Virus record (IMG/VR): IMGVR_UViG_3300034374_008984
Span: 9,652-73,651 of that record
Length of the DNA stretch: 64,000 nt
Direction: 5' to 3' (one strand)
From: a virus
Below are positions 55,301 through 62,988 of the stretch, one piece after another. Under the pieces are notes generated by a model, which searched no databases, was not told where the DNA came from, and saw only the letters and a program-made list of their open reading frames with translations. Each line of letters opens with the position of its first letter. Within the stretch, counting starts at the first letter, position 1. The translations under genes were made by a program, and so were the position numbers.

Positions 55301-58179
55301 CTCAAACAAAAGAGGACATGGATTTCCTATACGAGACATTCATCCTCTCAAACATGATAAGTGATGAGAAGGTATTCTCTGACAGGAAGATGCTCAAGAA
55401 GAAGGATGAAGCATTGAAGAAGTCTGTTTTCGGCTCAGAGGACAAAGCAAAGAAGTCGCTCGACAAGAGAACAGGAATAGACCTTGAAACCACGGACAAA
55501 GGAGTGAGGTATGAGAACGTGACCAATGACGAGGCTATATACATCTACAATCAGGTCAAGCAGTCGGGGTCGATAGACAAGATGATGGAGGCCAAGATGA
55601 CGGTGGAATCCATACTCAATATCGTGAATCACGTCAAGTCAGACCCTGAACTGAAGGCCTATGCTGATGGCACAATCTCCATCTATGACTCATACCTTCC
55701 GACAGCAAACGATGCGCTTGAGGCAGGTGGTTACATAGGTGTTGCAAAAGTCTCCAACAGGAAACTCAAAGAGAACCTTATGTCCATGTCGGGGGAAAGT
55801 GGCCTATCAGAGATAGAGGCCGCAAGAGAATCTGTCGAACAGGCCGAAGTGAACCTTTCCAACAACGTTGACCCAGCAGATGAAGCAATGCTTGAGAGAC
55901 GGGTTGAAAGAGCGAAGACGAATCTCGATAACGCCATAAAGAATGTCGATGCGTTCAACATGAAAAGGGTCCTCATGGAGGCCGTTTACGGATCCATAGA
56001 GAACATCCCTGAATTTGAGGAATACTCCCCAAGAAGCGTGGCGGGAACAGACCTGTCGGTTCAAGGCCCCAATGAGTTCTTCTCGCAATCGGCATACGAC
56101 AGCAAGACTGCCCCGAGCATTGTTTCGGGGAACCTTGTTGAAAGGCAGTCAGGAGGAAGCCTCCGTCTCGAAAGCGCTCAGGAGATGATGGCAAAATACA
56201 TTGACTCCATGCCTGTATCAGCCCACAAGATGCAGGATTTTGAGGCAGCTTGGGCCGCATTCCATAACAGCAGCCCTGTACTGACATCCGCTAAGAAGAT
56301 ATACGGGGACGGATTCGGTGAGGCGCTTCAGATGATGATGTTCGACACTGTTACAGGAAAGCCTTCGCAGATTGCGAACCTTAGCGACAAGATGGGTTCT
56401 GACACGATGCTCAAGTGGCTCCTGTATTCGTCATCGGACATTATGTTCTTCAACATGAGGTCTGCCATATTCCAAATGCTGTCCGCTCCCAACTTCATAG
56501 TCGATGCGTTCACAGAGTATGGGATAGGTAGGGAGTACATGCAAAAGATGTTTGACAGGGAGACATACAGCACAGCCAGTCAAGAGATATTCGAGTCAGG
56601 TCAGTTCTACAACAGGGTAAAGTACTCGAGCAATCCCGACATAAGGGATATGATAAGCACAAGGAAGACGCGAGGGGCTAACGCAGCGGCCAAATGGTAC
56701 ATCGACAAGGTGAAGAAGATCTACGAAAAAGGATACTCTCCAACTCAGTTCGTTGACTCCAACATCACGATAGCATACGCTGGGGCACCACTGTACGCAG
56801 CACTGAAGGAGAGGAACATAAAAGAGAACCTTGAAAAAGGCATGGACGAGAATCTTGCAAGGGAAAGAGGTGCAGAGAAGGCTATGGCTCAGTTTTGGAC
56901 CAATGCCAACAAGACGCAGCAGAGTTCCCTGAATATGTTCAGGAGCATAGAGCAGTCTTCACGAAACCCGCTCGTGAGAATGTTCCTGACGTTCGGTTCC
57001 GTGTCACTTCTTATGACAAGGGCAATGGCGGAAACCGCTTCCGATGTAAAAAATGGAAGGGTCGGTAAACTTGAGGGCGCTGCAAGGATAGCCTACTACG
57101 GGGCTGTTCAGAACCTCATGTTCTACACGGCTCAAAGCGGGATACTTTGGCTTATGGGAAGCGATGATGATGACGAAAGGAAGGAACTCATAAGGCAACA
57201 GAAAACAGTCGGAATTTTGAACGACTCCTTTAACAATGTTCTCAGGGGGCTTGGGGCGTACGGTGCTGTACTGTCGTTTGCAAAAGACTTTGCTATGAGC
57301 GAGTATTTCAGGTCATTGAAAAATGATGAGAAAAACGAGTTCAAGAAGGATTTGAAAGTTCTCGAGAAGATGACCGCATCAGGATCTGTTGGGAACAACC
57401 TCGTGAGGAAAGGGGTCAAAATGGTTCCCGCCATCGATGTCAGGGTCAGGGATATTGAAAAAGCACTTGCAGCCATAAGGAACGACAAGACGGGAGAGGC
57501 AAGGGGGGAGGCTGAAAGGCTTTGGATGATGATGGATGCCCCTGTTCAGGTTTTCTCCGCTACAGGTCTTGCGCCCGGAATAAGAACCGCGTCAAGGATT
57601 GTTGACGGGATCATGGACGCATCATACGAACAGCTTTCAGCAGCCGAGGCCGCAAGCAGGGTGACAGGGCTTATGAGTAGGTACGACATGGAACAGATGT
57701 CAGAGAAAGCGACCCCTCCTGAATCCATCATCAAAGAGTCCGAGAAAAAGAAGGCAGAGGAGAAAGAGGCTGCGATAACGGAAATCCTTGAATCCATCAA
57801 AGAGAAACGAGGAAACTCCTACATGATGAAGTCCCTCGTCACGACACCCAAAACGAGACTCGACAAAATAGGCGCAGACAAATCGACCATTGCTCAAAGG
57901 TTCAATGTGGGCGTGTTTAAGGAGACTGACGGAAAGGAGGACAAAGAGCTGTTAAAAGCCTTGGTTACAAATGATGGGAACGGCAATACATTTGTCAGTG
58001 CGGATCAACTTGCCAAGAACTACGTTTCAATATCCAAGGAAGGAATAAGCGAGCAGCATCTTGGCAGGATACGCAAGGCAATGAAGCACCTCGACCAGAA
58101 AGCAAAGTCTGCATACATGTTGAAATTCAAGAACAAGTACAAAGAGTACATTCAACTCATAGAAAGTCAATCCAAATGA
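49312..58179 (+). CDS. giant putative ejection/polyvalent protein with a GNAT domain
   Basis: 2955-aa ORF; LPxGF repeats at the N-terminus, hydrophobic Gly/Ala segments, GNAT motif V.P..RMKGKG...AIPFWKAIGF. Confidence 0.75.
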   Translation: MRNQDPTLPPLPKGFTVVESSDAPPLPSGFTPVEEPIVPEKKSPIGSSSQDGSQGLQGAPSSPSRGIQLPDQPFSGLGGVIEQDDPILPKVSLERPPVNPLAEYERIASKRHELQASKVSAFEGPFMALGVGLAGGPAADKYRREKIEEGKKAVAGTDRDFNAARSSAMSAIENIVQDRIRDNVKEFTTSDLTGVSVPDPRKVKEWAQAVARENGLPEDGWAWKALNDKATDHIAFKIVQPRVDKAFERMWKEEKGKEVPKDVREYLGVNQKETEIERELISGLSQEKAQVEAQVEEQFAKVTGGMPVQEYVQMRDAAHEQRIRELQSRYAQFITPQGEFAGSPEQYAQYQSEFETTQKQYESEVSRTVGELTQIQANANRRFNRVRIERIEQAERTMQEFMSEKERLVPGLQKEIEDTYRKAYGKVLGENDSWREILYRDNKVMALGTSWASAVGGSVSRMGSLFASPEMQSTGKAMENFFYTGNPNMEKLSDWLDLFKSARSTGNLMGSMTTSMVPAVAAGVATGGLGGVALGTMMSWAGESADIAGGIAERIYNETGDPAKVQQGVSQAFSAQGLLLPTYFLEMSNIFGKIFTGGGLGRRIALGAGTEYVIETLFQEFPQQLFEESIVAGKGLEGVLDNFTPSNFEKTAGKLKDVALNTPSVMLMGGLGQARAYVDEKGSQEKREEQIANRLSSINSRMRAGDFTGTDFQQSALKLAVDFGVYEASKVAVATYFNGGITYETFTRIQQSLNDAKEITEKVNAMEGITDENRLLFSMINMEHRALERKAENEKDPIFKARAQKEANERKAMLDEIFEGGTPNYATAEFEDGNFTVMTPTGIKKAMSNPAFMQEVVDGKIKFNAFGKDSQQVVEEFAKTINDFKQNQRGKVDADIANRKKEQAQQEGYEAEREGYLIKREEELGIIPDIMEPAPKFVTAAITRVEDDKPTSLSQIEAASDWLYSEYKRISSLRDNPKENPLSQKRTNELLDAIGMDIEMLESAKGKMEAEDIAASDAPINQEPKTEESIQAQASKPSPAPTVNTTPTEARYASVDRNDGKDPVDLTKEEYLAEMERRGTPVEETATEAPQAEKKTESLQQEKTSIEQKMEDEIAKARDPFYYAPLPFPDGLARTPNNEKRWREEQEARIKEQMNEAEAAIRENYATQLQGIDEKISQANKPTPTEPTTQPVEAPVSESESNKEGVFSEGLTYTPKSNVTIDAFSEFDDEGVPQVRIDNMEVPKRDRMKGKGRAEFSEVEAWAREIGAERIIIESERDAIPFWKAIGFDIDNQGGEVSTGIYEIQPNPTQDALQEPSAETRPVRQEPETRQRVREEDTQEQEAAREGKAQEEVGAPDIASMSRESLLDYLFSLREDYSLVDVENEAEVSRIETEMDAVEAAIEKLPEPTEPKPVEETEQEFTEEEMEAAYAEREKELEEFKETTFFQDIQETFQPISIEEYERYMGKKTYRDNRRYLKGLVTEQGGTQPIDTRSKPNAAEDVEFFDPEDIIDFINTIAAERNITGESRYKIPPQRNRKERIGKPSPKKKVKTGDFLRNLAKEVAKGKIDNRGIAMSGIPGFVQAWNAAITAAEKTLEATAYMSDIVDFLVEHIRNSPQFMRMRPAQRKAYDLRGTVLREMGITEQQYNDSRVEAEKAKGKESVKKARAEERKKASEKMKALRESLEGKFKKYRQELKDKTRKDSDIIKSAQVDMRKDVRDAGISFNNVQASKLGRLISEVNPSNYEEKTSELKDYIEKLVASHNAKEAIEEARRIEKEQAKQRKRDEQERQELVSEISDALNIKKYGRKTQRTRKRKKVTITNQAIDSLRSLSELYAESISRMSMDELIALDAIIEDIVQTGKIERKASEAMMKARRQRIAGVTLEMAQRKAGMTFPIEGRQAVFNQISPAMGTEGGGNLVRLKDGTFLFPAKEGRDLSDTLPDEAFEGATLIIRPVPDMTQRQSDGFLNSIRDRANRMIGSVRSRMDVPRMLQALAQTKEDMDFLYETFILSNMISDEKVFSDRKMLKKKDEALKKSVFGSEDKAKKSLDKRTGIDLETTDKGVRYENVTNDEAIYIYNQVKQSGSIDKMMEAKMTVESILNIVNHVKSDPELKAYADGTISIYDSYLPTANDALEAGGYIGVAKVSNRKLKENLMSMSGESGLSEIEAARESVEQAEVNLSNNVDPADEAMLERRVERAKTNLDNAIKNVDAFNMKRVLMEAVYGSIENIPEFEEYSPRSVAGTDLSVQGPNEFFSQSAYDSKTAPSIVSGNLVERQSGGSLRLESAQEMMAKYIDSMPVSAHKMQDFEAAWAAFHNSSPVLTSAKKIYGDGFGEALQMMMFDTVTGKPSQIANLSDKMGSDTMLKWLLYSSSDIMFFNMRSAIFQMLSAPNFIVDAFTEYGIGREYMQKMFDRETYSTASQEIFESGQFYNRVKYSSNPDIRDMISTRKTRGANAAAKWYIDKVKKIYEKGYSPTQFVDSNITIAYAGAPLYAALKERNIKENLEKGMDENLARERGAEKAMAQFWTNANKTQQSSLNMFRSIEQSSRNPLVRMFLTFGSVSLLMTRAMAETASDVKNGRVGKLEGAARIAYYGAVQNLMFYTAQSGILWLMGSDDDDERKELIRQQKTVGILNDSFNNVLRGLGAYGAVLSFAKDFAMSEYFRSLKNDEKNEFKKDLKVLEKMTASGSVGNNLVRKGVKMVPAIDVRVRDIEKALAAIRNDKTGEARGEAERLWMMMDAPVQVFSATGLAPGIRTASRIVDGIMDASYEQLSAAEAASRVTGLMSRYDMEQMSEKATPPESIIKESEKKKAEEKEAAITEILESIKEKRGNSYMMKSLVTTPKTRLDKIGADKSTIAQRFNVGVFKETDGKEDKELLKALVTNDGNGNTFVSADQLAKNYVSISKEGISEQHLGRIRKAMKHLDQKAKSAYMLKFKNKYKEYIQLIESQSK
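53243..53371 (+). CDS. nested small basic protein (alternate frame inside the giant ORF)
   Basis: MPFKSQAQRRALYAKNPKLAKEFEKKTPKNKKLPEKVKPKKK*, preceded by an A/C-rich leader CAACCAAACCCAACCCAAG. Confidence 0.55.
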   Translation: MPFKSQAQRRALYAKNPKLAKEFEKKTPKNKKLPEKVKPKKK

Positions 58180-58997
58180 CCATAGCAGCCATCCTCGCCA
58201 TCGCTTCCAAGTACGCGCTCCCCATCTGGGATTTCCTCAAAGGCCCCCTCACGGATTTCCTGAAAGAGAACTGGAAGCAGGTCTCCTACATCGCACTCCT
58301 TGCGTGGGCTATCATGTGCCTCCTCACGCATTGCTCCGGAGTGATAGACCCTTGGGGAAGACACGGAGGAAATGGAAACGGTATTGAGTTAAAGATAATA
58401 GATACCCTATGGGTGTACCCTGACACGAACGCTATATTTGCCCTGCACGGCTTCGACACCATACCGAGGCACATAGAGAGACTCAATGACAGTATCAGGA
58501 GGCTTCAATCACGATTCAGACCCAGACCAGCAGACCATAGTACTGACAGCACTTGTGCTGATAGCATTGCTACTCTGCGGAACCATAGCGAGGTGCTGAC
58601 AAGCATCCTCGATGAATGCGATGAGGCATACCACGATGCGATCGCCCTCAGAACCTACGGAGACACCCTTAGAAACGACAGCATAGAGGTGGCCGTCAAC
58701 TTCCGCGTTGAAGGCCGTCTCAAAGGAGTTCCCTCAATCAGATACCGATACCTCGCCCCTTACCCCGTCATCACGAAGACGGTCACCGTCAATGCCCCGG
58801 TCAGAAGGCAGGTGTACATTGACGGAGGCATAGGGCCGAGACTCACATTTGAGAATGTTCCGAACGCCATCGAAGGAAGCCTCGGATTGGGGTTCGTGAA
58901 CAGGAACAACCTTTCTGTGGGAATTGAGGCGGGTGTCTCTCATGTGGATTACAGGGTAGGGGTCAGGGTTAGAAAGGGGTTCTTGGTGGGGAAATGA
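58176..58997 (+). CDS. membrane-anchored protein, possibly spanin-like
   Basis: N-terminal TM, central coiled coil, C-terminal amphipathic beta strands. Confidence 0.5.
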   Translation: MTIAAILAIASKYALPIWDFLKGPLTDFLKENWKQVSYIALLAWAIMCLLTHCSGVIDPWGRHGGNGNGIELKIIDTLWVYPDTNAIFALHGFDTIPRHIERLNDSIRRLQSRFRPRPADHSTDSTCADSIATLRNHSEVLTSILDECDEAYHDAIALRTYGDTLRNDSIEVAVNFRVEGRLKGVPSIRYRYLAPYPVITKTVTVNAPVRRQVYIDGGIGPRLTFENVPNAIEGSLGLGFVNRNNLSVGIEAGVSHVDYRVGVRVRKGFLVGK

Positions 58998-59040
58998 TAA
59001 AGCATAACCACGATTAGAGGATAGTACGTAGATTTGCGGA

Positions 59041-60063
59041 ATGACAGAGGTCAATCGCATCAAGGCCGATACCGTCAATGAGTACTTGGCGAAGTACCCC
59101 GACCTGCCAAGCCTCACGTTGGCCCGAAAGATTTACCACGAGAACGTGAAATTGTTCTCATCTCTGGAGGGCGTGCGGTCTGCCATAAGAACAAGGCGAG
59201 GGCAGAACGGACGGTTACACCGTGAGAAAATCAAAAACAAGGTTCAAACACAACCAGCCCAACACGCCACAGCAATGGGGATAGCCAATCCTTTTTTTCT
59301 TCCTGAGACGGATGAGACGGAATGGGAGCCGTTCATAATCCCCAAGGCTGTGACGCGGCTGCTTATCCTTTCTGACGTTCATCTTCCATATCACAACATA
59401 AATGCCGTCACGCTTGCGCTGCAATACGGCAAGGATAACAACGTGAACGGCATAATATTGAACGGTGACATCCTCGATTTTTACGGCTTGTCGTCCTTTG
59501 AAAAAGACCCGCGCAAAAGGCGTTTCTCCGCTGAGTTGGAAATGGGCCGCGAGTTCCTTCGTGTGTTGCGCAAAGAGTTTGACGGTGTGCCAATTTACTA
59601 CAAGCTCGGAAATCATGAGGATCGCTATGAGCGTTTCCTTCGCATCAAAGCCCCTGAGTTGTTGGACATACAGGAGTTCCGTTTGGACATCCTTTTGAAG
59701 TTCGGTGAACTTGGCGTGCAACTGATAGACGAGATGCGAATAGTCCAGTTCGGTCGGCTTAACATCATGCACGGCCACGAGTTTGGCAAGTCGGTATTCA
59801 GCCCCGTCAACCCCGCGCGAGGGGCTTACATGAGGGCCAAAGAGAACTGCATCATAGGCCACCATCATCAAACGAGTTCACATGCTGAACCGACCATGAA
59901 CGGTAAGGTGGTCAACACTTGGTCAACTGGTTGTCTTTGCGAATTGCATCCCGCTTACATGCCCATAAACAAATGGAACAGGGGGTTCGCTTACATTGAA
60001 CGCGAGGACGATGGCGACTTTACCGTGTACAATCACACCATTATCAAAGGCAAGGTGCGATGA
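59041..60063 (+). CDS. calcineurin-like metallophosphoesterase
   Basis: SDVH, GDILD, GNHE, HGHE and GHHH motifs. Confidence 0.9.
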   Translation: MTEVNRIKADTVNEYLAKYPDLPSLTLARKIYHENVKLFSSLEGVRSAIRTRRGQNGRLHREKIKNKVQTQPAQHATAMGIANPFFLPETDETEWEPFIIPKAVTRLLILSDVHLPYHNINAVTLALQYGKDNNVNGIILNGDILDFYGLSSFEKDPRKRRFSAELEMGREFLRVLRKEFDGVPIYYKLGNHEDRYERFLRIKAPELLDIQEFRLDILLKFGELGVQLIDEMRIVQFGRLNIMHGHEFGKSVFSPVNPARGAYMRAKENCIIGHHHQTSSHAEPTMNGKVVNTWSTGCLCELHPAYMPINKWNRGFAYIEREDDGDFTVYNHTIIKGKVR

Positions 60064-60260
60064 GCCTACGCTACGAACAACACGAATCTTTGAGGCGGAC
60101 GAAAGAGTTTCTGTTCGACCTGCTATACACAGAGACTCGGCCAAAGACGGTAAAGGAAATGAAGGCACGTGTACGGAAATGCCTCCGACACTTTCCGCCA
60201 CTGACCGAGACGGGCAAGCCGTTGTTCTCCAATGACCCGTGGAGCGATGACAAGGGATAA
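60060..60260 (+). CDS. small hypothetical protein
   Basis: ATGA overlap, 66 aa. Confidence 0.65.
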   Translation: MSLRYEQHESLRRTKEFLFDLLYTETRPKTVKEMKARVRKCLRHFPPLTETGKPLFSNDPWSDDKG

Positions 60261-60432
60261 GGCCATAGCCATTGCCCGTGAATCATGGGCCGCGTTCAAC
60301 CGTATGCCGCTGACCGAGTGGCGGTCATACGTGAACGCATTGACGCTGGGAGAGGATGAACGGTGTCGGCAAGCTGCTTTGGCGCGGATGGAGATGAATT
60401 TCACGGTGGCGCGGGAGGCGGGTCATAAATAA
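60247..60432 (+). CDS. small hypothetical protein
   Basis: ORF 60232..60432, likely ATG 60247; followed by a terminator. Confidence 0.55.
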   Translation: MTRDKAIAIARESWAAFNRMPLTEWRSYVNALTLGEDERCRQAALARMEMNFTVAREAGHK

Positions 60433-60463
60433 TTCCCTGCTTTTGCGGGGTGTTTGTGTTTGG

Positions 60464-60496
60464 CCCGCGGCTGCTTAGGCGGTCACGGGTTTTTTC
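60464..60496 (+). terminator. rho-independent terminator
   Basis: CCCGCGGCTGC/GCGGTCACGGG plus T-tract. Confidence 0.7.
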
Positions 60497-60642
60497 GTTA
60501 CGCAAACCGTTGCCGTCATTTGATTTACCGTGGTCTGTCTGTCACAAAAAGGTGCTACTTTTGCATTGCATATCGCGATTTGCGATTACCTTTGCCGTGC
60601 CGCGATATTGGACTGGGGTGTCCCCGATCGGTCGCTGCATGG

Positions 60643-60690
60643 CCCCGAAGCACCGACCTTCTAAATCGGATTGCTTCGGGGTTTCTTTTT
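60643..60690 (+). terminator. terminator closing a short promoter-driven RNA
   Basis: CCCCGAAGCA/TGCTTCGGGG plus TTTCTTTTT; promoter TACCTTTG at 60587-60594. Confidence 0.7.
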
Positions 60691-60735
60691 ACCTTTGAAA
60701 CCCAAATCAAGTCCTCAAACCAAATTTTGCAGGTA

Positions 60736-61032
60736 ATGGCCGCACCAAAAAAAGACCCGAGATTAGCAAGGGCCGGGGTATCTGGTTTCAACAAACCGAA
60801 AAGAACACCGTCTCATCCGAAGAAATCACACGTTGTCGTGGCAAAGCAGGGAGATACCGTCAAGACCATCCGTTTTGGCGAGCAGGGGGCAAAGACCGCA
60901 GGAGCGCCCAAGAAGGGTGAGTCAGAAAAGATGAAGAAGAAGCGGGCGAGCTTTAAGGCGAGGCACGGACAGAACATCAAGAAAGGCAAACTGAGCGCAG
61001 CATGGTGGGCCGATAAAGTGAAGTGGGCATGA
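60736..61032 (+). CDS. small basic phage protein
   Basis: NKPKRTPSHPKKSHVV.A...IRFG.QG...RASFKARH...SAAWWADKVKW; promoter at 60690. Confidence 0.8.
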   Translation: MAAPKKDPRLARAGVSGFNKPKRTPSHPKKSHVVVAKQGDTVKTIRFGEQGAKTAGAPKKGESEKMKKKRASFKARHGQNIKKGKLSAAWWADKVKWA

Positions 61033-61181
61033 AAGGACTTTACGCCAACATACACGCCAAAAGAAAGCGCATAAAGGAAGGCTCAGGGGAGTCCATGCGT
61101 AAGAAAGGGCAGAAAGGAGCGCCTACTGAAAAGGCTTTCAAGCAATCTGCAAAAACTGCAAAGAAGCCGAAGAGGAAATGA
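61029..61181 (+). CDS. small basic protein (not in ORF track)
   Basis: MKGLYANIHAKRKRIKEGSGESMRKKGQKGAPTEKAFKQSAKTAKKPKRK*, ATGA overlap. Confidence 0.75.
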   Translation: MKGLYANIHAKRKRIKEGSGESMRKKGQKGAPTEKAFKQSAKTAKKPKRK

Positions 61182-61242
61182 TTTCCCAGTAAATAAACCC
61201 TTAGATTTGCAGTCAGTTCATAAACCATAAAAAACAAGAACA

Positions 61243-61374
61243 ATGGCATACGGTAGCAAGAAGAGCGGCATGAAGACATCCATGAAGAAAGAGATGAAGT
61301 CTCCCGCTAAGAAAAATGGCAAGAAGTCTATGGGCAAGACCCCAAAGATGCCCAAGAAAGTGAGTAAATACTGA
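61243..61374 (+). CDS. small Lys/Met-rich protein (not in ORF track)
   Basis: MAYGSKKSGMKTSMKKEMKSPAKKNGKKSMGKTPKMPKKVSKY*; promoter TAGATTTG at 61202. Confidence 0.65.
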   Translation: MAYGSKKSGMKTSMKKEMKSPAKKNGKKSMGKTPKMPKKVSKY

Positions 61375-61380
61375 TAGTCA

Positions 61381-62004
61381 ATGTCATTCAAGGTAACGCC
61401 TAAGCTGAAGGTCTGCCACTCCTGTCACGACAAGGGTACGTTCCTGTTGTCCGATGTCACTGGACCATGGGACGACACACTGAACCCCTTCGGTTGGCAG
61501 CCTGACGCGACAAGCCCTCAGACACAGATCAAGTTACAGGACGTGGCTTCGTCCGCGCTCACCATTACATCCCCATCAGGGACTATGTACGGTCCCTACG
61601 ACATTTATGCCACCCTCCCGAACCTTGACGGGACTGAATTGACAGTTGACCTCTCAGATATTCTCGGAAGTGGGGATGAGGCGTCCTACGAGGATGGCTA
61701 TTGGGACTTCGATTGGGTGGTCAAAGGGGAATACCCTGACGGGGTTGGCGGGGAGACGCCATTCCACGCAAGGTGTTTGAAAAGTGAACTCGTCCTGTGT
61801 GATGTTCAATGCTGCACCGACAAGTTCACCGCTGACAGCGACCCTTCTTGCGGATGCTCAGGCAAGGGCAACACAAAGGCCATTGACGCAATGCTCACTT
61901 TGGAGGCCATTCAGGCTGCTGACAGATGCGGGCAGAAGGAGAAGGCCAAGAAGCACCTGAAAAACCTGCAAGCACTTTGCGGGAACAAATGCAAAAACTG
62001 CTAA
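61381..62004 (+). CDS. Cys-rich tail-associated structural protein (putative)
   Basis: DVTG.W....NP.GW motif, Cys-rich C-terminus, precedes the fibre genes. Confidence 0.55.
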   Translation: MSFKVTPKLKVCHSCHDKGTFLLSDVTGPWDDTLNPFGWQPDATSPQTQIKLQDVASSALTITSPSGTMYGPYDIYATLPNLDGTELTVDLSDILGSGDEASYEDGYWDFDWVVKGEYPDGVGGETPFHARCLKSELVLCDVQCCTDKFTADSDPSCGCSGKGNTKAIDAMLTLEAIQAADRCGQKEKAKKHLKNLQALCGNKCKNC

Positions 62005-62007
62005 GTC

Positions 62008-62982
62008 ATGGGATGTAATGGTGGATGCAACGGGAGTTGCGGTAATCTTGAATGTGGAACAGGTCCTGCGGGACTTGACGGGCAGAACTCGTTCAACTTC
62101 ACCACGGCTGACTTCACGCAGCCCGCAGTAGGGAGTACGGTCACGATTGACGTATCCGCCCTCGGTCAGATGACAGGGCTTTTCGCGAAGGTCGGCCAGG
62201 TCATATTCGTTGAAGGTGGCGGATACTACGAAGTGGTATCCTCTACAACGACCACTATCGAACTTGAGAACCTCGGCTACACTGGGAATGCCTTACCGAC
62301 ATCTACTGTGAGTTTCCCCGCGGGGGTTTCCCCTGCTGGGCTTGTCGGACCGCAGGGGCCTGCCGGTGCAAATGGTTCTGCGGGAGCCGATGGAACATCT
62401 CAGCTTGTGACAGGCTACTTCGCGACAGCCGCAACAGGGACATCGTTCTCCCCTCTTCACACCGCTCAGACACTTCCGTCAACGTCAGGCGACCTGCTGT
62501 TCCCCTCCACGGGTAGCATTCTCAGGATACACCTTGCAGCAGTCCTTGCAGCGGTATCTGGAAACAGTAGTTCCGATTACTGGAAAGGTGACATAGAGAT
62601 AGTCCTTGATGGCACGACAATAGTGTTGCCCATATCGTCTCCATTCCTTTCAACCCGCTCCTACGCTCCGTTTAACGGAATGACGGCAATAGTTGACATC
62701 GTAGCGATTTCACTATCCCCTCTCACGATCATTGCTGACGTGAAGGCGTTCGAGACGGGTTTCGGGGCGTATTCAGGAACATCTGGATACCTTGTGCTGC
62801 CCACATCTGCAAACAGCCCATCGCACTTCGGCAATCCGTTCGCGTCAGGCCAGACCACTGGTGTTAACCAATCCTCTGATGTCGTGTTGCAAGTGAACGG
62901 AAGAAGGACTTCCGTGGGGTCTCCGTCAGGGGCTCCATCACTATTTCTCCCGATGCTCAAAGTAGAACGCCTCCTCAAATAA
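62008..62982 (+). CDS. tail fibre-like protein with short collagen repeats
   Basis: N-terminal CxxxCxxxC, GPAGLDG and GPQGPAGANGSAGADG. Confidence 0.65.
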   Translation: MGCNGGCNGSCGNLECGTGPAGLDGQNSFNFTTADFTQPAVGSTVTIDVSALGQMTGLFAKVGQVIFVEGGGYYEVVSSTTTTIELENLGYTGNALPTSTVSFPAGVSPAGLVGPQGPAGANGSAGADGTSQLVTGYFATAATGTSFSPLHTAQTLPSTSGDLLFPSTGSILRIHLAAVLAAVSGNSSSDYWKGDIEIVLDGTTIVLPISSPFLSTRSYAPFNGMTAIVDIVAISLSPLTIIADVKAFETGFGAYSGTSGYLVLPTSANSPSHFGNPFASGQTTGVNQSSDVVLQVNGRRTSVGSPSGAPSLFLPMLKVERLLK

Positions 62983-62988
62983 AGAGAC

